This document shows, piece by piece, positions 52,326 to 64,000 of a DNA stretch of 64,000 bases. The DNA is taken from the NCBI GenBank assembly GCA_964247055.1, contig OZ176051.1:4402001-4466000 (forward strand), given 5' to 3'. The DNA is from Paragordius varius. Lineage: Eukaryota; Animalia; Nematomorpha. The number at the start of each line of letters is the position of its first letter. Positions within the stretch are counted from its first letter, which is position 1. The notes below the pieces were generated by a model. The model was not told where the DNA came from. It saw only the letters and a program-made list of their open reading frames with translations, and did no database searches. A program made the translations under genes and the position numbers.

Positions 52326-53428
52326 GAATATATTTTGTATAATTTATTTTAGGTAAATACAGTCCATGTGGAAAAACTGTAAAAACACCCAAATGCGAAC
52401 AACAATGTGAATCGAATTATGGCAAATCATACAAGGATGACAAATTTTACGGTAAAATTTATCAAACCAAAGTTTTTGAGACAAAATGTTTAAAAGATTA
52501 ATATTTAGAGGGAGATAAAAATCTTTACAATTTAATTTTGTTTTTAAGATGTATTTTATCGTTTTCGCTTCCTAAATAGTGAAGAAAAATGTAAATTGGT
52601 AAAACAATCAATTTTCTGATTCTATATGATATCTAAGCTCAACGATTAAAAAAATGCTTTTTGTTTAGTATTTGTTCTTACTTTAATCCTTACGTTTTTT
52701 TATACAAAAATCTAATATTTTTTAGGTAAAGATGTATATTATGTCCCAAGTCAACCCAAACAAATTCAGGCCGAGTTATTTCTTTACGGACCAGTAGAGG
52801 CGGCCCTTGACGTCTATGAAGATTTTTTGCTTTACAAATCTGGTATAATTCATATTTCATTAAAATAATTTAATATCATCGGTTATTAATGTATTTATGA
52901 CTTTGAAATTAATTTTATACGTTTCTCAGATGATCATTAAATATTACTGAATATGAAATAGTAGAAGACCCAACTTTCATGTATAAAAAATGGCAAATTA
53001 AATGATCAATGATTCATTTTTCAATTGTTATAATTATATATATGTAATTATTATTTTAAAATTTTATTTTTCTTCTATAGTTTAAATACATTTGCCCATG
53101 TAAAACTGTATTATTAAGCGCGATTAATACCACAGTTTATTAATTGTTGTTAAAATCATCCCAATTTATATCATGTATATTTGATTGATTTTTGTTTTAT
53201 ATTCCGTAGGTGTTTATCAACACAAAAAGGGTCGAGCTTTGGGTGGACACGCCATTAAAGTCCTGGGGTGGGGGGAGGAAGATGGAATCCCTTACTGGCT
53301 TGCAGTTAATAGTTGGAACGATGATTGGGGTGATAAGGGTTTCTTCAAAATTTATCGGTAGAAAAAATAGACACGTTTTTTTTGGTTATTACGACTTAAA
53401 TCTCCCATAAATTTCTCAAATAATAATG

Positions 53429-53496
<68 letters not shown>

Positions 53497-54386
53497 GATT
53501 CTTTTTATTAAAATAAATTTTGGGCTTAAAAGTACGGATATTAACGAGATTAATATCATTATATTTTGTTTATAGTACATTAACTTCTTCAGATCAAAAC
53601 TGGGATAAAAAAGTAAATAAAAACTATGAAATAAAATGACAATAAAAAAGGTTTTTAGTTTTTAGAATTTACATGGTCCACCTACATATTTGAAGAAGTT
53701 TTTACTAGTATAACCATTTAATCAATATTATTTTTATTATAATAATATTCGCTCTCTTAAGCCCAAAATTAATTTTATTAACTATATGAAGATGCGAATC
53801 GAATCCCTCAATTATATTTATATATATGTAACTTATATAATAGCTTTTAAAATCACATAAATTAATATATTCAAGTAAAAAATAACATTTTTTTTCAATA
53901 TAATAGGTTATTGGTCTAATTTATATGATATTTTTATGTTTGCACATGTAGTAGTTTTAAAGCGATATAAATTAGGTTAAAATTGAATATATGCATACAT
54001 ATGTTAAAAAAATTGTTTTTTATACTTTTTATCGGTTTTAGCAGCTTGTATATTTTTATTAACATTCAGTACTTATGTACGTACATATTTACCCTTTATA
54101 TTTTTTATTCTTATGAATATTTTTCTTATAAATAAATAAACTATTTTTAATTGCGTATGTAATGCGATAAATATATTCTTTTTTATTTCTATGTATTTTT
54201 TAATAATTTAATTATATGTATAATGTGATTAGAGGGCGTAATGAATGCGGAATCGAATCAATGATATACGCTGGACTTCCGGATTATGAAAGGAGCTCAT
54301 ACACACCCTTGATAACTTCTAACGGTATAAAATATTTATTAATAAAACATTGTGGAAAAATTTGGATTAAAAAGAAATTTTTTTAA
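50875..54386 (+). CDS. CTSB: Cathepsin B (papain family C1A) preproenzyme
   Basis: Exons 50875-50988, 51010-51222, 51295-51410, 51616-51746, 52353-52451, 52726-52842, 53210-53357, 54233-54386 (or 54233-54324 plus 55082-55155). Signal peptide [17 protein letters not shown], propeptide TTWK|AYPFF, mature [30 protein letters not shown] (catalytic Cys), occluding loop CEHHTTG, GGHAI (His), VNSW (Asn), [10 protein letters not shown]. Confidence 0.95.
53432..53495. repeat. (TA)n microsatellite in cathepsin B intron 7; shorter ones at about 11579-11607, 13760-13790 and 52286-52322
   Basis: Direct reading. Confidence 0.95.
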
Positions 54387-55081
54387 ATATGTTTGGATAT
54401 TTATTTAAAAACTTTTAATAATTAATTATCGTTTAAAAAATGAAAATATATTTTTAGAAAGGGGGTATGTTTACTAAACTCGCCCATGGGGGTCGTTTTC
54501 CTTTAACATAGGACTCCTGCACAGATTTTTTAATATAATTCCCCCTATAATAACCCAATAATGGGAAAAAATACATGGCTTAAAATCCATCGTGATTCTT
54601 TTTTGGGATAATTTAAAAATATTTAATAAATTGTAGTTATGTTCTACGGATAAATTTTAATAACATTTAAAAATTTAAATTATAACTGTCTTTATTTAGT
54701 TATAAGGGCTTTAAAATATCCTTACTAATTAATCTGTGAGAAAGATATCACAATTTTAAATAATTACTAATAAAAACTAGGACTTTCTATCGTAAAAGAT
54801 TAGCATAGGCTAATTATTTTATAGGTACTCTTTTTATTTTTAATTGAGGTAGGATAGAGGGCTAGATTACCAATTTTAACAAATTTTTATAATTATTGAT
54901 AAAGAAATAAAATAATTGCATGTTTTATTATACTTATAAAATGTTGGCAATCCCTCACAATTCATTGAAGTTTTAATTATCATTTTTAAATAATTTGTAT
55001 ATAATATGTTTTAAAACAATTAATGAGAAAATAAGTTTTTTATCTAGATATATTTATTATTTTATTATCATATTAATTTAG

Positions 55082-55155
55082 ATGAAAAAAATGAAGAACC
55101 TGAACACATAATTAACGTTAACGAGATATTATCACCCTTCCGTTGGTTCAAATGA
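55082..55155 (+). CDS. Candidate extra terminal exon of cathepsin B (DEKNEEPEHIINVNEILSPFRWFK*)
   Basis: TTTAG acceptor at 55080-81 after an AT-rich intron-like tract. Phase 1 matches the AAC G|GTATAA donor at 54324/54325; open to TGA. Confidence 0.5.
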
Positions 55156-56404
55156 AGAACATTACATTTTTTAAATCAAGATTTACATACATATTTACAT
55201 AATAAATATTAATATATTTTTATTGTTAAATAATATTTTAGACTTTCCTATTGTTAATTCTTTTTTTGTTTATACAGCATTGTTTTAAAACATATTTTCA
55301 GATGTATACTGTTTTTTGTGGGCGTTTTTGCGCCTTATTCCACATTGTTTTGTGGTAAATATCAAAATAATTTTCGAAACGCTTGTTAAATGTATATGAC
55401 CGAGATTCGTGCTTGCCCCTATTCAACTGCAGATCGAAACCATCAAATTCTGTTCAATTTTTTTGATAGTGGGAAGGAAGATAAAATTGCAAATTCGATA
55501 TGATTTATATCATTTTAAAGGTTTATCCGTAAAATAGAGTTTAAAACATTGACGTTTTCCAAAAAATACTAAATAAGATTAGAAAATACATTGTGACACA
55601 AAACCTTGATTTAAAAAAGCAACATTGATCCCCTCGTGAATTTCAAAATCATATCTAAAGTTTTACCAATATATTGTAAGGAATATCCTGTGTCATGCAA
55701 AAATTTTTGATAGATTTTCAAAATAAATAAATTATTATTGTTTTTACTAAGGTCAAATTTTACGACGTTTAAAGGTTTCACATTAATTTGGTTTTTTAGA
55801 AGCATTATATTTTGTGGATTTTACAAAAAAATTTGAAAAATTTATAACATACATATATATAGAATTTGTATTCTGATGCTACATAATGTCCCTATGTAAT
55901 TGGACATACTATTTTACATCACACAATAAATATAGATGTGTAACAAAAAAATATTAATAATAATAATCTCGCAAAGTTGCGATGTTTTAGAGTGATTTAG
56001 TTTTGGAGCTACATTCAAGTCGCCTATTTTCAAATTGGCATATTAATAAGTTGTTATGTTTCCGACAATATATTTATATTATATAACATTAAATGAAATC
56101 ATACGCTATTTACATTGGATCTTAAGCAAGTATCTTCCATTTTGGGTTTGCTTGTCTTCTCCTTGTCCTATTTCGTAGTTCAATTCGATCTTTAAAAAAT
56201 CCATATTACTATATTGATGTTTGGTCTTTTGCATTAGGACTGTTAAAATTTTTATAAAGGTGTAAAGTTTTATGTTTTTGAAAAATACAACATAAGCAGT
56301 GGCAAAGAATTATGGGTCCGTGAGAGTTGCTTATTCCTTATACCAAAAAAACGCTCCTAACATTGTCGATAAAAATATAACCTGTTGAAATATATATATT
56401 TTAA

Positions 56405-58038
56405 TAGGAAAGTGTATTAGGATTATCATGGTGCTTTTGGTTTTGGCCCTTACGAGTGATATAAGAAAGTTACTTAGACTTTTTTGGTAAGTGCCCCATA
56501 TCTACATCAGAAAATGGCAAAATTTTTGCAGATTTTTTTAAATAAAACTTTTTGGGTGAATGCTTCATTCCAAAAAATATAACTAAAATATATATAAACT
56601 ACCTATTACAAAAATTTAATTTTTAGATTGTGGCTCCGAACCCAAATTTTTTCACTCTTCTAAAATGGGCTAATTTTCTTAAAATAAACGCAAAAATGCT
56701 GGGAATGCGCGATAAAAAATTTATGTATATGCTCAATTTTGATATCAAGTAAAAATTTTAAAAAAAATTTTGTTAAAGCCTATTTTGTACTAGAAGGCAT
56801 AATTATAACGGTGAAAAAACGCTTTGAAATATTATAAAAACACTTTTTCTATATTATTCGATGAAGCTGAACATTTCTTTCATCTCGGAATCTAGATTTA
56901 AATATTCGTTCGCTTTAATCTATATATTTATAAAAATGGAAAATGCTGGCTTTGTAATCTGGTACAGGAAAACCGGTAGACCCATTCAAATCCAAACTTC
57001 GAAAAAATATAATCATTAATGAATGCCCCGACAATAGCTTCGCCCTTTTTTTGAAATAGGCCCCCAGTTCGGGCCTACCCCGTGTGAAAAACGGGTTTTT
57101 TTTGAAAATAGAAGTCCACAAAAATCGTGTCTTTGAGACAATTTTCTGGAGAACGTGTTGGTCCATTCTATTTCAAATATTATTTTTGTTTACTTATTTT
57201 CGATTGCGTCGAACATAGTCGAGTCCCTTTTTTGATTTAGGCCCTCTTTTTACCCGCTCCCCCCGTAAAATGCCACCTTTTTAAAAAAACAAAGTCCACA
57301 AAAATAATTTTTGAAATCTATTTTTCCCCCAATTAAATATATTAGTATGAATGCTCCGTTTTAAAATTCCTATAAAATCATATCTCTTAAATAATGTTTC
57401 GAAATAATCCACATAAGTGGATCATTTTATTGTCCCTTATTTCAAATAGCCCTACCGCCCCCCCCTTCCCCCCTAGAAGTCCGAAGGACTTCCTTGGGCT
57501 GCGTAGCAGCACGAGATTCACGGTAGTATATTAAATATAAATTGTGTTTTTTTAGAAAAAAATAACGTAAATTTACCTTTAAATTGAAATTCTTAAGTGA
57601 TAGAAATGTTTAGCATTATTATCAAATATAGAAAGTGTTTTTATGATATCTTAAAGCGTTTTTAAACCGTTTTAGTATAAAACTTCAACAAAATTTTAAA
57701 AATCAAATTTTTTAAAAAAGTATGCATTTTTTTAGTTGAGATCAAAATTTAGCATATATTTAAAGTTTTTATCGCACAACCCGTTTCTGCGTTTGTTGAA
57801 ACTTTTATCATACATACAAAAAATATAAAAATTTGCATATGTAACAATCTAAAAATAAAATTTTTTTTTGCTTTTTGTATGTAGTTTATATTATATTTTA
57901 GTATTTTTTGGAATGAGGCCTCTAGCTTTCACCCAAAAAAAGTCGCAAATATTTTTATTTTAGAGACCAGTTTAAATACTTAAATTACTTGTAAGGGCCA
58001 AAACCAAAATCACCAGGAGATTCCTGATACATATTCTA
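56405..58038. mobile_element. TIR DNA-transposon derivative hosting the Helitron; related fragments at about 7520, 8610, 25080-25800 and 29340-30200
   Basis: About 50-bp imperfect TIR (TAGGAAAGTGTATTAGGATTATCATGGTGCTTTTGGTTTTGGCCCTTAC) at both ends, TTAA on both sides. The TSD could be read as TA or TTAA. Confidence 0.6.
56919..57526 (+). mobile_element. Non-autonomous Helitron, 608 bp
   Basis: A|TCTATATATTTATAAAAATG 5' end. 3' hairpins GAAGTCC-GAA-GGACTTC and GCTGC-GTA-GCAGC, then ...CGGTAG|T. No TSD; the flanks rejoin into the host-repeat sequence seen at about 25730 and 29810. Confidence 0.75.
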
Positions 58039-61000
58039 TTAAAATATAATTACTTCATCAGAATTTTTAAATCCCGATTTCGTAAACTGTGTTATGCTAT
58101 TTTATCTTAGTGTGTCTACTGTATTGAAAATTTTCACCTTAACAAAATATATAATGTTTGATTTGTCAAAAAATAACAGGTCAGCTAATATATGAATGAG
58201 CACTGGTTATAAACAGTACAGCCATAATACAAATTAAAAGAAGAGGGCATATTGGACTTTTAAATTAAGTTATATTGCCAAGAAAAGTTTGAATAATTAA
58301 TTGAGCAAACGTATATTGTACAATTTTGTGGGAGCAAAACACCATTAGAGAAACAACCATTAAAATACTAAAAAGAATAATATAATTAAAATCGCCTGAG
58401 TCTCATAATCGCGCAGCTATTCATTATAATAATAAAGCATGTTTATACCTCATAAAATGGATCAAAATATTATTTTTGAAATCAATTCCTAAATAATCAT
58501 TTTCGACTAAGTCGCAGCGATACATCGCCGAGCATATTTGGATAATTGTAAACTCTATTTTTGACCTTAAATTACACTAGACAACAAATTTTTCTGCCAC
58601 TCGAGTTATTTGTTCTAATACTTACTATCATTTTAACAATAAATCTGAAATAAATTATAATAATTCCACCTAAGAATTTTGTATAATTTGATTTTCATCA
58701 AAATTAAAAAATGTTTTCTTTGAAAATATTCAACAAATGCTCATATATCATTCGAAGAGTTATAAAAACTCTATAAACTGCATACTAATATGTTTATTGA
58801 TTGCTAATATTGGACATAGGGACACACGCCCGAAGCGAGAGCTTTTTTCTTGAATAATATATTTTAAAACTAATGGATGAAAATTGCTCAATCTTTGTTT
58901 AGATAGCGAAAGTCCAAAAAAGATAACACAAGAAAGTTTTTTTTGATTAAAACACTTATTGCTTTTATGTCATTCAAATGAGTTTAAGTTTTTTGTTTTT
59001 TTAAATTTTTACCATCTCATCAATATTAATAAATTTTCTTTAGGAGGCTTATAATTTCGAAATGTATTTTTTATTTTTTTAACCATTATGTAATAAATTT
59101 ACAGTTATAACAATGCATAATAGTATCCACTAGCTATAATAATTTTGATATTAAAAATAATAATTTATATTATTTTTAAATTAGTTTGTCTGTGAAATTT
59201 TCTTATTTAGGGTTGTAATTTTTACCATTCAACCCAAATAACTTTTAAATCAGATTGATTTAAATGACTAATACCATTCGAAAGATACATTTTTGAATTC
59301 TTTCAAATGATATAAATATACATGGCTCTATATCTAAAACTTTTAATTTCAAAAGTTTCGAGTTTAATGTTAAATCGCGACCAAAAATTATTGATAAACC
59401 CTAACAATGAATACTTAGGTGTTAGACCAATTTTTTTCAGGTATACCATTCCTGTACTTTAATGAATTAAATTTTAAATTTACAAAAATGGCACTTAAAA
59501 AAGTCAAAATTTGTTATCTAGTGTTATCAATTTGTAAAAAATAAATTATATATGATCGTCGCATTTTCATAGCAAGATGTGCGTTTTTCACCTAAAAACA
59601 AATTTTGAGCGGCGATTTTGTATTTCCCTTCATATCAATTAATTTAATTGATTTTATTGGATAAATTACCTTTTATACAGATATAGGCAATCAAATTAAA
59701 ATGGAACATCAGTAGTTTCATATTGCCTCTAAAAGAAATGCGCCTAAATGGTGTTAGCTATTAATAATAATATTTATTTCATATTTTATAAAAAAAACCC
59801 TCAATAACTTTTTATAATGATAATAAATAATAATCATCAAAAAAATTGTTGTTTTTGTACTTGCCTAAACGGAGGTGTAAATGTTTTTGCGTTACATGAA
59901 TGCGTATTAATATAGAAGAGTGTATCAAAATATTCCATTAAAACAATTTATCTAAAACATATCTCTTTCCAAAAGACTTTTTTATATTTTTGTAATCCTG
60001 TAACTTCATGCCTTTCTCCTCTCACCTATATATATATTTTATTATTATTTATTAGTATAATCCAATTTAATTTTGTCAGACTTTATCAAAAGAAAAATAA
60101 TTGATTCTATCGATTGACTGATAATAATAATAATATAATCAGTACAAATGAATTCGATGTGTGTTATTTTGAGGATTAACCAAATAAATGTCCAAAAAAT
60201 ATTGCCGGATCAAAGGGTAATTTATATTTAATTTTGATTATAGAAAAATGTACCGAAACAAACGAATAAACAAACACATTTACAATATATAAATAAATTT
60301 AAAAAAGGGCACATATATAAAATATGCCCAATCAGCCGATATAACGTGTAATTATTATTGGAAATCCTAGCTCAACAATTAATATCAAGATAATAAATAA
60401 ATAAATAATAATCGGAAGGGCCATAAAAATATATTTTACAAATATACGTATCATTTCTACACTTAACACAATATCATTTTTTATAGATATAATTTGCCCT
60501 TTTATATTATAAATTTTTTCTTGTTTTTTTCAAGCAAAACTAGACAATATATTACACCTTTGTAAATCTTTTGTAATTCTCTAAAGTCGTATTTAATGGA
60601 CATTCGAAATTACAGGTAATAAATATATTTAAAATATATTGATACCAAATTTTATATTTTGAAACAGCTAAAGAAACTTTAACGGTATAAAATTTTTACA
60701 TACTTAATTTTTTCGACTTTGTAATTTTATACAACAGATATACCTAATATATGTCTAAAAACCTTAAGATTATTCCCTAATATGATTCTAGGATATCTGG
60801 TAAATGTTAAAAAAACAAACCCAAGAATATTATGCATTTTATTTTAATTGAATTTTTAGTTTTATGAAAAGAAACATTTAAAATGGTGCTAAAGAGCATG
60901 GATTGTTTACGCAAAACTGGTGCCTCAAAACGTATCAGACTAACCGTTATAGTTTTTAAACTATTTATATTGGATATTGTTCTGGGGTGCCCCCAAAAGT

Positions 61001-61598
61001 AATAAGGTGTTAAAACTGATGGTTTTTTAAGTATATCATCATTAAAAACCTCATCAGATTCAATAATTACACCGATCCACTTCCATACTCCAAAAAGATA
61101 TTTCCCATATGTTTTCTTTTTGAAAACGGACCAAAAGCGTTCGTTTAATGCCAAAAAATTCTGAAAAGATTGGTATTTTAATTTTATGAAAATTGACTAT
61201 ATGCAAATGCACAAAATTATCGTATGAGATAACCTTTTGCTTACATGCTACGGTAATGGTAAAATTCAAATTTTGTAGTTTAGGACAAAATTAAATATTT
61301 TAGTTAATTATTTGACAAGCCTGATTTAGTTTCCCCTCTCCGAATATATCGGTTAAATTGATATCATAATCTTACACGATAATTGCCATATGTTTCAAAA
61401 TATTATAGATCTATAGACGGTGTTTGTTAAACAGAGTTTAACTCTAATTTTATTTTTTAAGTTTTGACAAGTAGGTAATAAGGAGTTGCTATGTGATATG
61501 TCCATTTGTTTATTAATTAATTATTTATAATATCTTTGGCCAAAGTTAATCCTCTATTTAAATTAATTGCATTTAAATATACTTTGGTTCATTATAAC

Positions 61599-61856
61599 CA
61601 AGGATGTACAACATGCAGCCCTCTAAAATCTGTATGAGCCCGCAAGAAATTTCAAATACAATATTTTAACAAAATCCAAGTTTTCTAAAATAAATTTTCT
61701 GAGTCAATCTTCCCGAATTTTAATTAATTTTTAATTGTTAAAATATAGTAGCTTTTCAGTCGTATGATTGAAATCTAATAAAAAATTTGTTTATTCCCAT
61801 ATATTTTTTCGATCCAAAAATGCGGCCCGTGAAACCATTTGTGATGAACACCCCTG
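61599..61856. mobile_element. Second, degenerate hAT-like MITE copy
   Basis: CAAGGATGTACAAC...GATGAACACCCCTG; flanks ATTATAAC and ATTTAAAC match at 6 of 8 positions, consistent with an 8-bp TSD. Confidence 0.6.
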
Positions 61857-61921
61857 ATTTAAACAATAAATTTGTTCTTTGCAATCAAGATGCTCTTGTA
61901 ATTAAAAAAGTGATTTGTTAA

Positions 61922-62526
61922 TTATGGAGACATGTTGTACCAAAATGGTAAGAAATCACCCCGTGGTTTTAATTCCAAAATCTTAAAAATTTCCGGTTCC
62001 TACCTCACAGAAGCAGCCAGGTTTTGGTTTTATGTTTTCGGCTTGGCTCTCTCCCCCATCATCTTCCTATTTCCTTTCTTTATTTTTATATCTTATCCAT
62101 TACAATTATTAAATTCTTAAAACATGTAATTCTTAGCAATTTAATTATTTTAAATTTCAATAATAGATTAAAAAGACCCAACTTAATAAGTCATTGTTTT
62201 TTAAAGTAGTGTAAATTTATCATGATTAATTTTCTCAAATTCTTAGTTTTTTAAAATTTATAAATAATAACATTTAACACACTAGCCCACATATCTATTA
62301 ATTATGAACCATAAACTAATCAACTCAGTGTGGAGCAGTGTAATTTTGATCTTTGTAGACAATATAGCTAGTTTTTATATAATACTGATGTCATAAAACA
62401 ACTATCTCAAAATTTATTCCAGTTTTTATAAACAAAATAAGAAACTGTCACCATATTTTTAATCTCATCTTGTCATTTATTACCTTTACAAGGTTAACGA
62501 TATATGTCCATGTCTTATAAATCTTA
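61922..62526 (-). CDS. Possible 3' exons of an unidentified gene (KIYKTWTYIVNLVK | EDDGGESQAENIKPKPGCFCE | ILELKPRGDFLPFWYNMSP*)
   Basis: Phase-compatible GT-AG pieces 62484-62526, 62004-62066 and 61922-61981. The acceptor before 62066 is purine-rich and weak; no recognised homology. Confidence 0.25.
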
Positions 62527-64000
62527 CTGATAACATAAGTTAATTACAATATTTTGAAAGAAAATTATAATATATTATTATATATATATATATATATAAC
62601 CATCCTAAGAAATGCAATGGTATGTTTTTTAAAATAAAAATTGATATACAGTAACTTATGGCGTTAAAAAAGTTATCTATAAAATGAAGAAATATTAAAA
62701 ATATAGGCAAAAAACTTGTTTAATTTTAACCATTTATTGTTTTATATCATACGCTACTGTATACAAATCTAAACTGGCCATTAACACGCTACTTTATCCC
62801 CATAATAAATAATAATATGAAAGATAAGATAGAGTAAGTAGAATTTATAGTTAGTTATTATTGAACGAAATTGAATACGTTTTAACAGGTATAAATATTT
62901 TATATTTCGAATGGTGTCTAAATTGATCTATATATTTTTGATATCACAAAAAGTTAAAATTGTATTTTATCTTTTTAATTTTTACTCTTTCACCATTTCA
63001 AAAAATTTCGTTTTTACAACTTAAGGACCACTGTTTTTTTGCTTAAACCTCAAATTTAACAAATTAATACGCAGTTAATTTAATGGTCCATTCCACGATA
63101 AAAATATGCCTTTTAAAATATTTATGATGTATTAGATTAAATTACCTTAATTGAATGAGATAAATAACTTACCTACCTATTAACACACCTATATCATGAA
63201 TTTAATTTTTTGCCATAAAAACCTATGTTTTAGATTCTATATTTTATTTTATGCGTACTAATATTGAGCTCCAAAAAAATTATTTTTATTTCCAACTACA
63301 TTAACCCCATAAGTCATCAATATTTATGTGTAGAAGTAAATGATATAAAATCAAGCTAAAGAAAATCCCAAGTTTATTCATTCAAAACCAAAACTAATGA
63401 GTACCTAAATTCGTTAAATAGATATATATTTGTTCCACCCTCCCCATAAATATAATATTTTAAAACTTCAATATCTAATTAGAAGTAGAATAGGCCATTT
63501 AAAAATTGTTGCTTAAAAATTATTTTCATGTGATTTCATATGAGAGATATGCTATATAATAATATAAATATTAATAGCCGCTCTAGACCCATTCCATTTG
63601 AAATTGTTATAGAAACCGCATAAAAAACAAGGAAGGGAACCGATTTCTATTGAAAAGACAGTTTATAAAATTTTTATTTTCTAAATTTAATTTCTACGTT
63701 TTTGAAATTTGTTTTTATTTCACCCCATAAAAATAGGATTTCTCTAATTATAACTGTAAATAAGATATTAATTATAACTGTTAGCATATCTAACTTTAGT
63801 TATCTATTATCTATTTATCAATTTATATGGCAATCTGAAAACATACATTCATAATTTATCCAATTAAATTTTGTTTACATATGTTTGAGCAAAAAACTTT
63901 AAGGATGAGTTATTGCCCAGCTCAACTATGACCAGTTTGACCAATTCTTTACGATCCTAACTTAATATCACAAATGGAAAAATATATGTATATATGAAAA

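Noticed and set aside
58140-58640. Possible decayed LINE or exon-like sequence
   Set aside because: No convincing motif or consistent splice frame.

Overview
AT-rich, intron-containing animal DNA; the organism cannot be identified from the sequence. I reconstructed three genes by hand from GT-AG boundaries and reading-frame phase. (1) The 5' part of an RBMS/alan-shepard-like RRM gene on the minus strand, cut by a gap. (2) A complete 20-exon UBAP2/UBAP2L/lingerer-like gene on the minus strand (10175-19277, about 1297 aa). (3) A cathepsin B on the plus strand (50875-54386, or to 55155 with an extra exon), with a truncated copy at 32920-33791. Two 200-N gaps (679-878, 33801-34000) bracket a 32.9-kb contig that almost perfectly duplicates both of its flanks (1-678 = 15368-16045; 16046-33800 = 34001-51755), so the apparent gene duplications are most likely an assembly artefact. 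Non-coding DNA is packed with transposon relics: TTAA-flanked piggyBac-like MITEs, non-autonomous Helitrons, a mini Ty3/Gypsy LTR element with an intact 5-bp TSD, an RTE-clade LINE relic and hAT-like MITEs. The most unusual signal is a class of ultra-short GT-AG introns: 21 and 26 nt (required by frame and homology) and 25 and 22 nt (candidates). They sit alongside ordinary coding-region introns of 67 nt or more in the same genes.
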